From NCBI RefSeq assembly GCF_009914755.1, contig NC_060925.1: a stretch of DNA of 64,000 nt; one strand, written 5' to 3'. The notes under the pieces were generated by a model. It was not told the origin of the DNA. It saw only the letters and a program-made list of their open reading frames with translations, and ran no database searches. The stretch comes from the human T2T-CHM13v2.0 reference genome, Homo sapiens. Of the stretch, positions 16,037 to 29,600 are shown in pieces. The position numbers were made by a program, and so were the translations under genes. Within the stretch, counting starts at the first letter, position 1; each line of letters starts with the position of its first letter.

Positions 16037-19000
16037 GAATAGAATCATCGAATGGACTCGAATGGAATCATCGAATGGAATGGAATGGAACAGTCAATGA
16101 ACTCGAATGGAATCATCATTGAATGGAATCGAATGGAATCATCGAGTGGAATCGAATGGAATTATGATCAAATGGAATCTAATGTAATCATCATCAAATG
16201 GAATCAAAAATAACCATCATCAATTGGTATTGAATGGAATTGTCATCAAATGGAATTCAAAGGAATCATCATCAAATGGAACCGAATGGAATCCTCATTG
16301 AATGGAAATGAAAGGGGTCATCATCTAATGGAATCGCATGGAATCATCATCAAATGGAATCGAATGGAATCATCATCAAATGGAATCTAATGGAATCATT
16401 GAACAGAATTGAATGGAATCGTCATCGAATGAATTGAATGCAATCATCGAATGGTCTCGAATGGAATCATCTTCTAATGGAAAGGAATGGAATCATCGCA
16501 TAGAATCGAATGGAATTATCATCGAATGGAATCGAATGGTATCAACACCAAACGGAAAAAAACGGAATTATCGAATGGAATCGAAGAGAATCTTCGAACG
16601 GACCCGAATGGAATCATCTAATGGAATGGAATGGAATAATCCATGGACTCGAATGCAATCATCATCGAATGGAATGGAATGGAATCATCGAATGGACTCG
16701 AATGGAATAATCATTGAACGGAATCGAATGGAATCATCATCGGATGGAAACGAATGGAATCATCATCGAATGGAAATGAAAGGAGTCATCATCTAATGGA
16801 ATTGCATGGAATCATCATAAAATGGAATCGAATGGAATCAACATCAAATGGAATCAAATGGAATCATTGAACGGAATTGAATGGAATCGTCATCGAATGA
16901 ATTGACTGCAATCATCGAATGGTCTCGAATGGAATCATCTTCAAATGGAATGGAATGGAATCATCGCATAGAATCGAATGGAATTATCATCGAATGGAAT
17001 CGAATGGAATCAACATCAAACGGAAAAAAACAGAATTATCGTATGGAATCGAAGAGAATCATCGAATGGACCCGAATGGAATCATCTAATGGAATGGAAT
17101 GGAATAATCCATGGACTCGAATGCAATCATCATCGAATGGAATCGAATGGAATCATCGAATGGACTCGAATGGAATAATCATTGAACGGAATCGAATGGA
17201 ATCATCATCGGATGGAAATGAATGGAATCATCATCGAATGGAATCGAATAGAATTATGGAATGAAATCCAGTGTGATCATCATCGAATGGACCCGAATGG
17301 AATCATCATCCAACGGAAGCTAATGGAATCAACATCGAATAAATCGAATGGAAACACCATCGAATTGAAACGAATGGAATTATCATGAAATTGAAATGGA
17401 TGGACTCATCATCGAATGGATTCGAATGGAATCATCGAATAAAATTGATTGAAATCATCATCCAATGGAATCGAATGGTATCATTGAATGGAATCGAATG
17501 GAATCATCATCAGATGGAAATGAATGGAATCGTCATAGAATGGAATCGAATGGATTCATTGAATGGAATCAGATGGAATCATCGAATGGACTGGAATGGA
17601 ATCATTGAATGGACTCGAAAGGGATCATGATTGAATGGAATTGAATGGAATCATCGAATGGTCTCGATTGGAATCATTATCAAATGGAATCGAATGGAAT
17701 CACCGAATAGAATCGAAAGGAACAATCATCGAATGGACTCAAATGGAATTATCTTCAAATGGAATCGAATGGAATTATCGAATGCAATCGAATGGAATTA
17801 TCGAATGCAATCGAATAGAATCATCGAAAGGACTCGAATGGAATCATCGAATGGAATGGAATGGAACAGTCAATGAACTCGAATGGAATCATCATTGAAT
17901 GGAATCGAATGGAATCATCGAGTGGAATCGAATGGAATTATGATCAAATGGAATCGAATGTAATCATCATCAAATGGAATCAAAAATAACCATCATCAAT
18001 TGGTATTGAATGGAATTGTCATCAAATGGAATTCAAAGGAATCATCATCAAATGGAACCGAATGGAATCCTCATTGAATGGAAATGAAAGGGGTCATCAT
18101 CTAATGGAATCGCATGTAATCATCATCAAATGGAATCGAAAGGAATCATCATCAAATGGAATCTAATGGAATCATTGAACAGAATTGAATGGAATCGTCA
18201 TCGAATGAATTGAATGCAATCATCGAATGGTCTCGAATGGAATCATCTTCTAATGGAAAGGAATGGAATCATCGCATAGAATCGAATGGAATTATCATCG
18301 AATGGAATCGAATGGTATCAACACCAAACGGAAAAAAACGGAATTATCGAATGGAATCGAAGAGAATCTTCGAACGGACCCGAATGGAATCATCTAATGG
18401 AATGGAATGGAATAATCCATGGACTCGAATGCAATCATCATCGAATGGAATCGAATGGAGTCATCGAATGGACTCGAATGGAATAATCATTGAACGGAAT
18501 CGAATGGAATCATCATCGGATGGAAACGAATGGAATCATCATCGAATGGAAATGAAAGGAGTCATCATCTAATGGAATTGCATGGAATCATCATAAAATG
18601 GAATCGAATGGAATCAACATCAAATGGAATCAAATGGAATCATTGAACGGAATTGAATGGAATCGTCATCGAATGAATTGACTGCAATCATCGAATGGTC
18701 TCGAATGGAATCATCTTCAAATGGAATGGAATGGAATCATCGCATAGAATCGAATGGAATTATGATCGAATGGAATCGAGTGGAATCAACATCAAACGGA
18801 AAAAAACAGAATTATCGTATGGAATCTAAGAGAATCATCGAATGGACCCGAATGGAATCATCTAATGGAATGGAATGGAATAATCCATGGACTCGAATGC
18901 AATCATCATCGAATGGAATCGAATGGAATCATCGAATGGACTCGAATGGAATAATAATTGAACGGAATCGAATGGAATCATCATCGGATGGAAATGAATG

Positions 19001-22000
19001 GAATCATCATCGAATGGAATCGAATAGAATTATGGAATGAAATCCAGTGTGATCATCATCGAATGGACCCGAATGGAATCATCATCCAACGGAAGCTAAT
19101 GGAATCAACATCGAATGAATCAAATGGAAACACCATCGAATTGAAACGAATGGAATTACCATGAAATTGAAATGGATGGACTCATCATCGAATGGATTCG
19201 AAAGGAATCATCGAATAAAATTGATTGAAATCATCATCGAATGGAATCGAATGGTATCATTGAATGGAATCGAATGGAATCATCATCAGATGGAAATGAA
19301 TGGAATCGTCATAGAATGGAATCGAATGGATTCATTGAATGGAATCAGATGGAATCATCGAATGGACTGGAATGGAATCATTGAATGGACTCGAAAGAGA
19401 TCATGATTGAATGGAATTGAATAGAATCATCGAATGGTCTCGATTGGAATCATTATCAAATGGAATCGAATGGAATCACCGAATAGAATCGAATGGAACA
19501 ATCATCGAATGGACTCAAATGGAATTATCCTCAAATGGAATCGAATGGAATTATCGAATGCAATCGAATGGAATTATCGAATGCAATCGAATAGAATCAT
19601 CGAATGGACTCGAATGGAATCATCGAATGGAATGGAATGGAACAGTCAATGAACTCGAATGGAATCATCATTGAATGGAATCGAATGGAATCATCGAGTG
19701 GAATCGAATGTAATCATCATCAAATGGAATCAAAAATAACCATCATCAAATGGAATCAAAAATAACCATCATCAATTGGTATTGAATGGAATTCTCATCA
19801 AATGGAATTCAAAGGAATCATCATCAAATGGAACCGAATGGAATCCTCATTGAATGGAAATGAAAGGGGTCATCATCTAATGGAATCGCATGGAATCATC
19901 ATAAAATGGAATCGAATGGAATCAACATCAAATGGAATCAAATGGAATCATTGAACGGAATTGAATGGAATCGTCATCGAATGAATTGAATGCAATCATC
20001 TAATGGTCTCGAATGGAATCATCTTCAAATGGAATGGAATGGAATCATCGCATAGAATCGAATGGAATTATCATCGAATGGAATTGAATGGAATCAACAT
20101 CAAACGGAAAAAAACGGAATTATCTAATGGAATCGAAGAGAATCATCGAATGGACCCGAATGGAATCATCTAATGGAATGGAATGGAATAATCCATGGAC
20201 TCGAATGCAATCATCATCGAATGGAATCGAATGGAATCATCGAATGGACTCGAATGGAATAATCATTGAACGGAATCGAATGGAATCATCATCGGATGGA
20301 AATGAATGGAATCATCATCGAATGGAATCGAATAGAATTATGGAATGAAATCCAGTGTGATCATCATCGAATGGACCCGAATGGAATCATCATCCATCGG
20401 AAGCAAATGGAATCAACATCGAATGAATCGAATGGAAACACCATCGAATTGAAACGAATGGAATTATCATGAAATTGAAATGGATGGACTCATCATCGAA
20501 TGGATTCGAATGGAATCATCGAATAAAATTGATTGAAATCATCATCGAATGGAATCGAATGGTATCATTGAATGGAATCGAATGGAATCATCATCAGATG
20601 GAAATGAATGGAATCGTCATAGAATGGAATCGAATGGATTCATTGAATGGAATCAGATGGAATCATCGAATGGACTGGAATGGAATCATTGAATGGACTC
20701 GAAAGGGATCATTATTGAATGGAATTGAATGGAATCATCGAATGGTCTCGATTGGAATCATTATCAAATGGAATCGAATGGAATCACCGAATAGAATCGA
20801 ATGGAACAATCATCGAATGGACTCAAATGGAATTATCCTCCAATGGAATCGAATGGAATTATCGAATGCAATCGAATGGAATTATCGAATGCAATCGAAT
20901 AGAATCACCGAATGGACTCGAATGGAATCATCGAATGGAATGGAATGGAAAAGTCAATGAACACGAATGGAATCATCACTGAATGGAATCGAATGGAATC
21001 ATCAAGTGGAATCGAATGGAATTATGATCAAACGGAATCGAATGTAATCATCATCAAATGGAATCAAAAATAACCATCATCAATTGGTATTGAATGGAAT
21101 TGTTATCAAATGGAATTCAAAGAAATCATCATCAAATGGAACTGAATGGAATCCTCATTGAATGGAAATGAAAGGGGTCATCATCTAATGGAATAGCATG
21201 GAATAATCATCAAATGGAATCGAATGAAATCATCATCAAATTGAATCTAATGGAAACATTGAACAGAATTGAATGGAATCGTCATCGAATGAATTGAATG
21301 CAATCATCGAATGGTCTCGAATGGAATCATCTTCTAATGGAAAGGAATGGAATCATCGCATAGAATCGAATGGAATTAACATTGAATGGAATCGAATGGA
21401 ATCAACATCAAATGGAATCAAGCGGAATTATCGAATGAAATCGAAGAGAATCATCGAATGGACTCGAATGGAATCATCTAATGGAATGGAATGGAATAAT
21501 CCACGGACTCGAATGCAATCATCATCGTATAGAATCGAATGGAATCATCGAATGGACTCGAATGGAATAACCATTGAACGGAATCGAATGGAATCATCAT
21601 CGGATGGAAACGAATGGAATCATCATCGAATGGAAATGAAAAGAGTCATCATCTAATGGAATTGCATGGAATCATCATAAAATGGAATCGAATGGAATCA
21701 TCATCAAATGGAATCAAATGGAAGCATTGAACGGAATTGAATGGAATCGTCATCGAATGAATTGAATGCAATCATCGAATGGTCTCGAATGGAATCATCT
21801 TCAAATGGAATGGAATGGAATCATCGCATAGAATCGAATGGAATTATCATCGAATGGAATCGAATGGTATCAACATCAAACGGAAAAAAACGGAATTATC
21901 GAATGGAATCAAAGAGAATCTTCGAATGGACCCGAATGGAATCATCTAATGGAATGGAATGGAATAATCCATGGACTCGAATGCAATCATCATCGAATGG

Positions 22001-24299
22001 AATCGGATGGAATCATCGAATGGACTCGAATGGAATAATCATTGAACGGAATCGAATGGAATCATCATCGGATGGAAATGAAAGGAGTCATCATCTAATG
22101 GAATTGCATGGAATCATCATAAAATGGACTCGAATGGAATCATCGAATGGAATGGAATGGAACAGTCAAGGAACTCGAATGGAATCATCATTGAATGGAA
22201 TCGAATGGAATCATCGAGTGGAATCGAATGGAATTATGATCAAATGGAATCGAATGTAATCATCATCAAATGGAATCAAAAATAACCATCATCAATTGGT
22301 ATTGAATGGAATTGTCATCAAATGGAATTCAAAGGAAACATCATCAAATGGAACCGAATGGAATCCTCATTGAATGGAAATGAAAGGGGTCATCATCTAA
22401 TGGAATCGCATGGAATCATCATCAAATGGAATCGAATGGAATCATCATCAAATGGAATCTAATGGAATCATTCAACAGAATTGAATGGAATCGTCATCGA
22501 ATGAATTGAATGCAATCATCGAATGGTCTCGAATGGAACCATCTTCTAATGGAAAGGAATGGAATCATCGCATAGAATCGAATGGAATTGTCATCGAATG
22601 GAATCGAATGGTATCAACACCAAACGGAAAAAAACGGAATTATCGAATGGAATCGAAGAGAATCTTCGAACGGACCCGAATGGAATCATCTAATGGAATG
22701 GAATGGAATAATCCATGGTCTCGAATGCAATCATCATCGAATGGAATCGAATGGAATCATCGAATGGACTCGAATGCAATAATCATTGAACGGAATCGAA
22801 TGGAATCATCATCGGATGGAAACGAATGGAATCATCATCGGATGGGAATGAAAGGAGTCATCATCTAATGGAATTGCATGGAATCATCATCAAATGGAAT
22901 CGAATGGAATCAACATCAAATGGAATCAAATGGAATCATTGAACGGAATTGAATGGAATCGTCATCGAATGAATTGATTGCAATCATCGAATGGTCTCGA
23001 ATGGAATCATCTTCAAATGGAATGGAATGGAATCATCGCATAGAATAGAATGGAATTCTCATCGAATGGAATCGAATGGAATCAACATCAAACGGAAAAA
23101 AACGGAATTATCGAATGGAATCGAAGAGAATCATCGAATGGACCCGAATGGAATCATCTAATGGAATGGAATGGAATAATCCATGGACTCGAATGCAATC
23201 ATCATCGAATGGAATCGAATGGAATCATCGAATGGACTCGAATGGAATAATCATTGAACGGAATCGAATGGAATCATCATCGGATGGAAATGAATGGAAT
23301 CATCATCGAATGGAATCGAATAGAATTATGGAATGAAATCCAGTGTGATCATCATCGAATGGACCCGAATGGAATCATCATCCAACGGAAGCTAATGGAA
23401 TCAACATCGAATGAATCAAATGGAAACACCATCGAATTGAAACGAATGGAATTACCATGAAATTGAAATGGATGGACTCATCATCATATGGATTCGAGTG
23501 GAATCATCGAATAAAATTGATTGAAATCATCATCGAATGGAATCGAATGGTATCATTGAATGGAATCGAATGGAATCATCATTAGATGGAAATGAAAGGA
23601 ATCGTCTTAGAATGGAATCGAATGGATTCATTGAATGGAATCAGATGGAATCATTGAATGGACTGGAATGGAATCATTGAATGGACTCGAAAGGGATCAT
23701 TATTGAATGGAATTGAATGGAATCATCGAATGTCTCGATTGGAATCATTATCAAATGGAATCGAATGGAATCACCGAATAGAATCGAATGGAACAATCAT
23801 CGAATGGACTCAAATGGAATTATCCTCAAATGGAATTGAATGGAATTATCGAATGCAATCGAATGGAATTATCGAATGCAATCGAATAGAATCATCGAAT
23901 GGACTCGAATGGAATCATCGAATGGAATGGAATGGAACAGTCAATGAACTCGAATGGAATCATCATTGAATGGAATCGAATGGAATCATCGAGTGGAATC
24001 GAATGTAATCATCATCAAATGGAATCAAAAATAACCATCATCAAATGGAATCAAAAATAACCATCATCAATTGGTATTGAATGGAATTCTCATCAAATGG
24101 AATTCAAAGGAATCATCATCAAATGGAACCGAATGGAATCCTCATTGAATGGAAATGAAAGGGGTCATCATCTAATGGAATCACATGGAATCATCATAAA
24201 ATGGAATCGAATGGAATCAACATCAAATGGAATCTGATGGAATCATTGAACAGAATTGAATGGAATCGTCATCGAATGAATTGAATTCAATCATCGAAT

Positions 24300-24595
24300 G
24301 GTCTCGAATGTAATCACATTCTAATGGAAAGGAATGGAATCATCGCATAGAATCGAATGGAATTAACATTGAATGGACTCGAATGGAATCAACATAAAAC
24401 GGAATCAAGCGGAATTATCGAATGGAATCGAAGAGAATCATCGAATGGTCTCGAATGGAATCATCTTCTAATGGAAAGGAATGGAATCATCTCATAGAAT
24501 CGAATGGAATTAACATTGAATGGATTCGAATGGAATCAACATCAAATGCAATCAAGCGGAATTGTCGAATGAAATCGAAGAGAATCATCGAATGG
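24300..24595 (+). repeat. 147 bp tandem duplication inside divergent sub-module A' (also at ~33005-33300 and ~42797-43090)
   Basis: GGTCTCGAATG at 24300 and 24447; unit lengths 1922, 1923 and 1927 = 1776+147 with small indels. Confidence 0.88.
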
Positions 24596-26689
24596 ACTCG
24601 AATGGAATCATCTAATGGAATGGAATGGAATAATCCACGGACTCGAATGCAATCATCATCGTATAGAATCGAATGGAATCATCGAAAGGACTCGAATGGG
24701 ATAACCATTGAACGGAATCGAATGGAATCATCATCGGATGGAAACGAATGGAATCATCATCGAATGGAAATGAAAGGAGTCATCATCTAATGGAATTGCA
24801 TGGAATCATCATCAAATGGAATCGAATGGAATCATCATCAAATGGAATCAAATGGAATCATTGAACGGAATTGAATGGAATCGTCATCGAATGAATTGAA
24901 TGCAATCATCGAATGGTCTCGAATGGAATCATCTTCAAATGGAATGGAATGAAATCATCGCATAGAATCGAATGGAATTATCATCGAATGGAATCGAATG
25001 GTATCAACATCAAACGGAAAAAAACGGAATTATCGAATGGAATCGAAGAGAATCTTCGAACGGACCCGAATGGAATCATCTAATGGAATGGAATGGAATA
25101 ATCCATGGACTCGAATGCAATCATCATCGAATGGAATCGAATGGAATCATCGAATGGACTCGAATGGAATAATCATTGAACGGAATCGAATGGAATCATC
25201 ATCGGATGGAAATGAATGGAATCATCATCGAATGGAATCGAATAGAATTATGGAATGAAATCCAGTGTGATCATCATCGAATGGACCCGAATGGAATCAT
25301 CATCCAACGGAAGCTAATGGAATCAACATCGAATGAATCGAAAGGAAACACCATCGAATTGAAACGAATGGAATTATCATGAAATTGAAATGGATGGACT
25401 CATCATCGAATGGATTCGAATGGAATCATCGAATAAAATTGATTGAAATCATCATCGAATGGAATCGAATGGTATCATTGAATGGAATCGAATGGAATCA
25501 TCATCAGATGGAAATGAATGGAATCGTCATAGAATGGAATCGAATGGATTCATTGAATGGAATCAGATGGAATCATCGAATGGACTGGAATGGAATCATT
25601 GAATGGACTCGAAAGGGATCATGATTGAATGGAATTGAATGGAATCATCGAATGGTCTCGATTGGAATCATTATCAAATGGAATCGAATGGAATCACCGA
25701 ATAGAATCGAATGGAACAATCATCGAATGGACTCAAATGGAATTATCCTCAAATGGAATCGAATGGAATTATCGAATGCAATCAAATGGAATTATCGAAT
25801 GCAATCGAATAGAATCATCGAATGGACTCGAATGGAATCATCGAATGGAATGGAATGGAACAGTCAATGAACTCGAATGGAATCATCATTGAATGGAATC
25901 GAATGGAATCATCGAGTGGAATCGAATGGAATTATGATCAAATGGAATCGAATGTAATCATCATCAAATGGAATCAAAAATAACCATCATCAATTGGTAT
26001 TGAATGGAATTGTCATCAAATGGAATTCAAAGGAATCATCATCAAATGGAACCGAATGGAATCCTCATTGAATGGAAATGAAAGGGGTCATCATCTAATG
26101 GAATCGCATGGAATCATCATCAAATGGAATCGAATGGAATCATCATCAAATGGAATCTAATGGAATCATTGAACAGAATTGAATGGAATCGTCATCGAAT
26201 GAATTGAATGCAATCATCGAATGGTCTCGAATGGAATCATCTTCTAATGGAAAGGAATGGAATCATCGCATAGAATCGAATGGAATTATCATCGAATGGA
26301 ATCGAATGGTATCAACACCAAACGGAAAAAAACGGAATTATCGAATGGAATCGAAGAGAATCTTCGAACGGACCCGAATGGAATCATCTAATGGAATGGA
26401 ATGGAATAATCCACGGACTCGAATGCAATCATCATCGTATAGAATCGAATGGAATCATCGAAAGGACTCGAATGGAATAACCGTTGAACGGAATCGAATG
26501 GAATCATCATCGGATGGAAACGAATGGAATCATCATCGAATGGAAATGAAAGGAGTCATCATCTAATGGAATTGCATGGAATCATCATAAAATGGAATCG
26601 AATGGAATCATCATCAAATGGAATCAAATGGAATCATTGAACGGAATTGAATGGAATCGTCATCGAATGAATTGAATGCAATCATCGAA

Positions 26690-29600
26690 TGGTCTCGAAT
26701 GGAATCATCTTCAAATGGAATGGAATGGAATCATCGCATAGAATCGAATGGAATTATCATCGAATGGAATCGAATGGTATCAACATCAAACGGAAAAAAA
26801 CGGAATTATCGAATGGAATCGAAGAGAATCTTCGAACGGACCCGAATGGAATCATCTAATGGAATGGAATGGAATAATCCATGGACTCGAATGCAATCAT
26901 CATCGAATGGAATCGAATGGAATCATTGAAAGGACTCGAATGGAATAATCATTGAACGGAATCGAATGGAATCATCATCGGATGGAAATGAATGGAATCA
27001 TCATCGAATGGAATCGAATAGAATTATGGAATGAAATCCAGTGTGATCATCATCGAATGGACCCGAATGGAATCATCATCCAACGGAAGCTAATGGAATC
27101 AACATCGAATGAATCGAATGGAAACACCATCGAATTGAAACGAATGGAATTATCATGAAATTGAAATGGATGGACTCATCATCGAATGGATTCGAATGGA
27201 ATCATCGAATAAAATTGATTGAAATCATCATCGAATGGAATCGAATGGTATCATTGAATGGAATCGAATGGAATCATCATCAGATGGAAATGAATGGAAT
27301 CGTCATAGAATGGAATCGAATGGATTCATTGAATGGAATCAGATGGAATCATCGAATGGACTGGAATGGAATCATTGAATGGACTCGAAAGGGATCATTA
27401 TTGAATGGAATTGAATGGAATCATCGAATGGTCTCGATTGGAATCATTATCAAATGGAATCGAATGGAATCACCGAATAGAATCGAATGGAACAATCATC
27501 GAATGGACTCCAATGGAATTATCCTCAAATGGAATCGAATGGAATTATCGAATGCAATCGAATGGAATTATCGAATGCAATCGAATAGAATCATCGAATG
27601 GACTCGAATGGAATCATCGAATGGAATGGAATGGAACAGTCAATGAACTCGAATGGAATCATCATTGAATGGAATCGAATTGAATCATCGAGTGGAATCG
27701 AAAGGAATTATGACCAAATGGAATCGAATGTAATCATCATCAAATGGAATCAAAAATAAACATCATCAATTGGTATTGAATGGAATTGTCATCAAATGGA
27801 ATTCAAAGGAATCATCATCAAATGGAACCGAATGGAATCCTCATTGAATGGAAATGAAAGGGGTCATCATCTAATGGAATCGCATGGAATCATCATCAAA
27901 TGGAATCGAATGGAATCATCATCAAATGGAATCAAATGGAATCATTGAAAAGAATTGAATGGAATAGTCATCGAATGAATTGAATGCAATCATCGAATGG
28001 TCTCGAATGGAATCATCTTCTAATGGAAAGGAATGGAATCATCGCATAGAATCGAATGGAATTATCATCGAATGGAATCGAATGGTATCAACACCAAACG
28101 GAAAAAAACGGAATTATCGAATGGAATCGAAGAGAATCTTCGAACGGACCCGAATGGAATCATCTAATGGAATGGAATGGAATAATCCATGGACTCGAAT
28201 GCAATCATCATCGAATGGAATCGAATGGAATCATCGAATGGACTCGAATGGAATAATCATTGAACGGAATCGAATGGAATCATCATCGGATGGAAACGAA
28301 TGGAATCATCATCGAATGGAAATGAAAGGAGTCATCATCTAATGGAATTGCATGGAATCATCATAAAATGGAATCGAATGGAATCAACATCAAATGGAAT
28401 CAAATGGAATCATTGAACGGAATTGAATGGAATCGTCATCGAATGAATTGAATGCAATCATCGAATGGTCTCGAATGGAATCATCTTCAAATGGAATGGA
28501 ATGGAATCATCGCATAGAATCGAATGGAATTATCATCGAATGGAATCGAATGGAATCAACATCAAACGGAAAAAAACGGAATTATCGAATGGAATCGAAG
28601 AGAATCATCGAATGGACCCGAATGGAATCATCTAATGGAATGGAATGGAATAATCCATGGACTCGAATGCAATCATCATCGAATGGAATCGAATGGAATC
28701 ATCGAATGGACTCGAATGGAATAATCATTGAACGGAATCGAATGGAATCGTCATCGGATGGAAATGAATGGAATCATCATCGAATGGAATCGAATAGAAT
28801 TATGGAATGAAATCCAGTGTGATCATCATCGAATGGACCCGAATGGAATCATCATCCAACGGAAGCTAATGGAATCAACATCGAATGAATCGAATGGAAA
28901 CACCATCGAATTGAAACGAATGGAATTACCATGAAATTGAAATGGATGGACTCATCATCGAATGGATTCGAATGGAATCATCGAATAAAATTGATTGAAA
29001 TCATCATCGAATGGTATCGAATGGTATCATTGAATGGAATCGAATGGAATCATCCTCAGATGGAAATGAATGGAATCGTCATAGAATGGAATCGAATGGA
29101 TTCATTGAATGGAATCAGATGGAATCATCGAATGGACTGGAATGGAATCATTGAATGGACTCGAAAGGGATCATTATTGAATGGAATTGAATGGAATCAT
29201 CGAATGGTCCCGATTGGAATCATTATCAAATGGAATCGAATGGAATCACCGAATAGAATCGAATGGAACAATCATCGAATGGACTCAAATGGAATTATCC
29301 TCAAATGGAATCGAATGGAATTATCGAATGCAATCGAATGGAATTATCGAATGCAATCGAATAGAATCATCGAATGGACTCGAATGGAATCATCGAATGG
29401 AATGGAATGGAACAGTCAATGAACTCGAATGGAATCATCATTGAATGGAATCGAATGGAATCATCGAGTGGAATCGAATGGAATTATGATCAAATGGAAT
29501 CGAATGTAATCATCATCAAATGGAATCAAAAATAACCATCATCAATTGGTATTGAATGGAATTCTCATCAAATGGAATTCAAAGGAATCATCATCAAATG

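Noticed and set aside
24300-24595. 147 bp duplication equals nucleosome core DNA length
   Set aside because: 147 = 3x49, the intrinsic 23+26 periodicity, and it follows an internal homology. The match is probably coincidence, and nucleosome repeat length would include linker.
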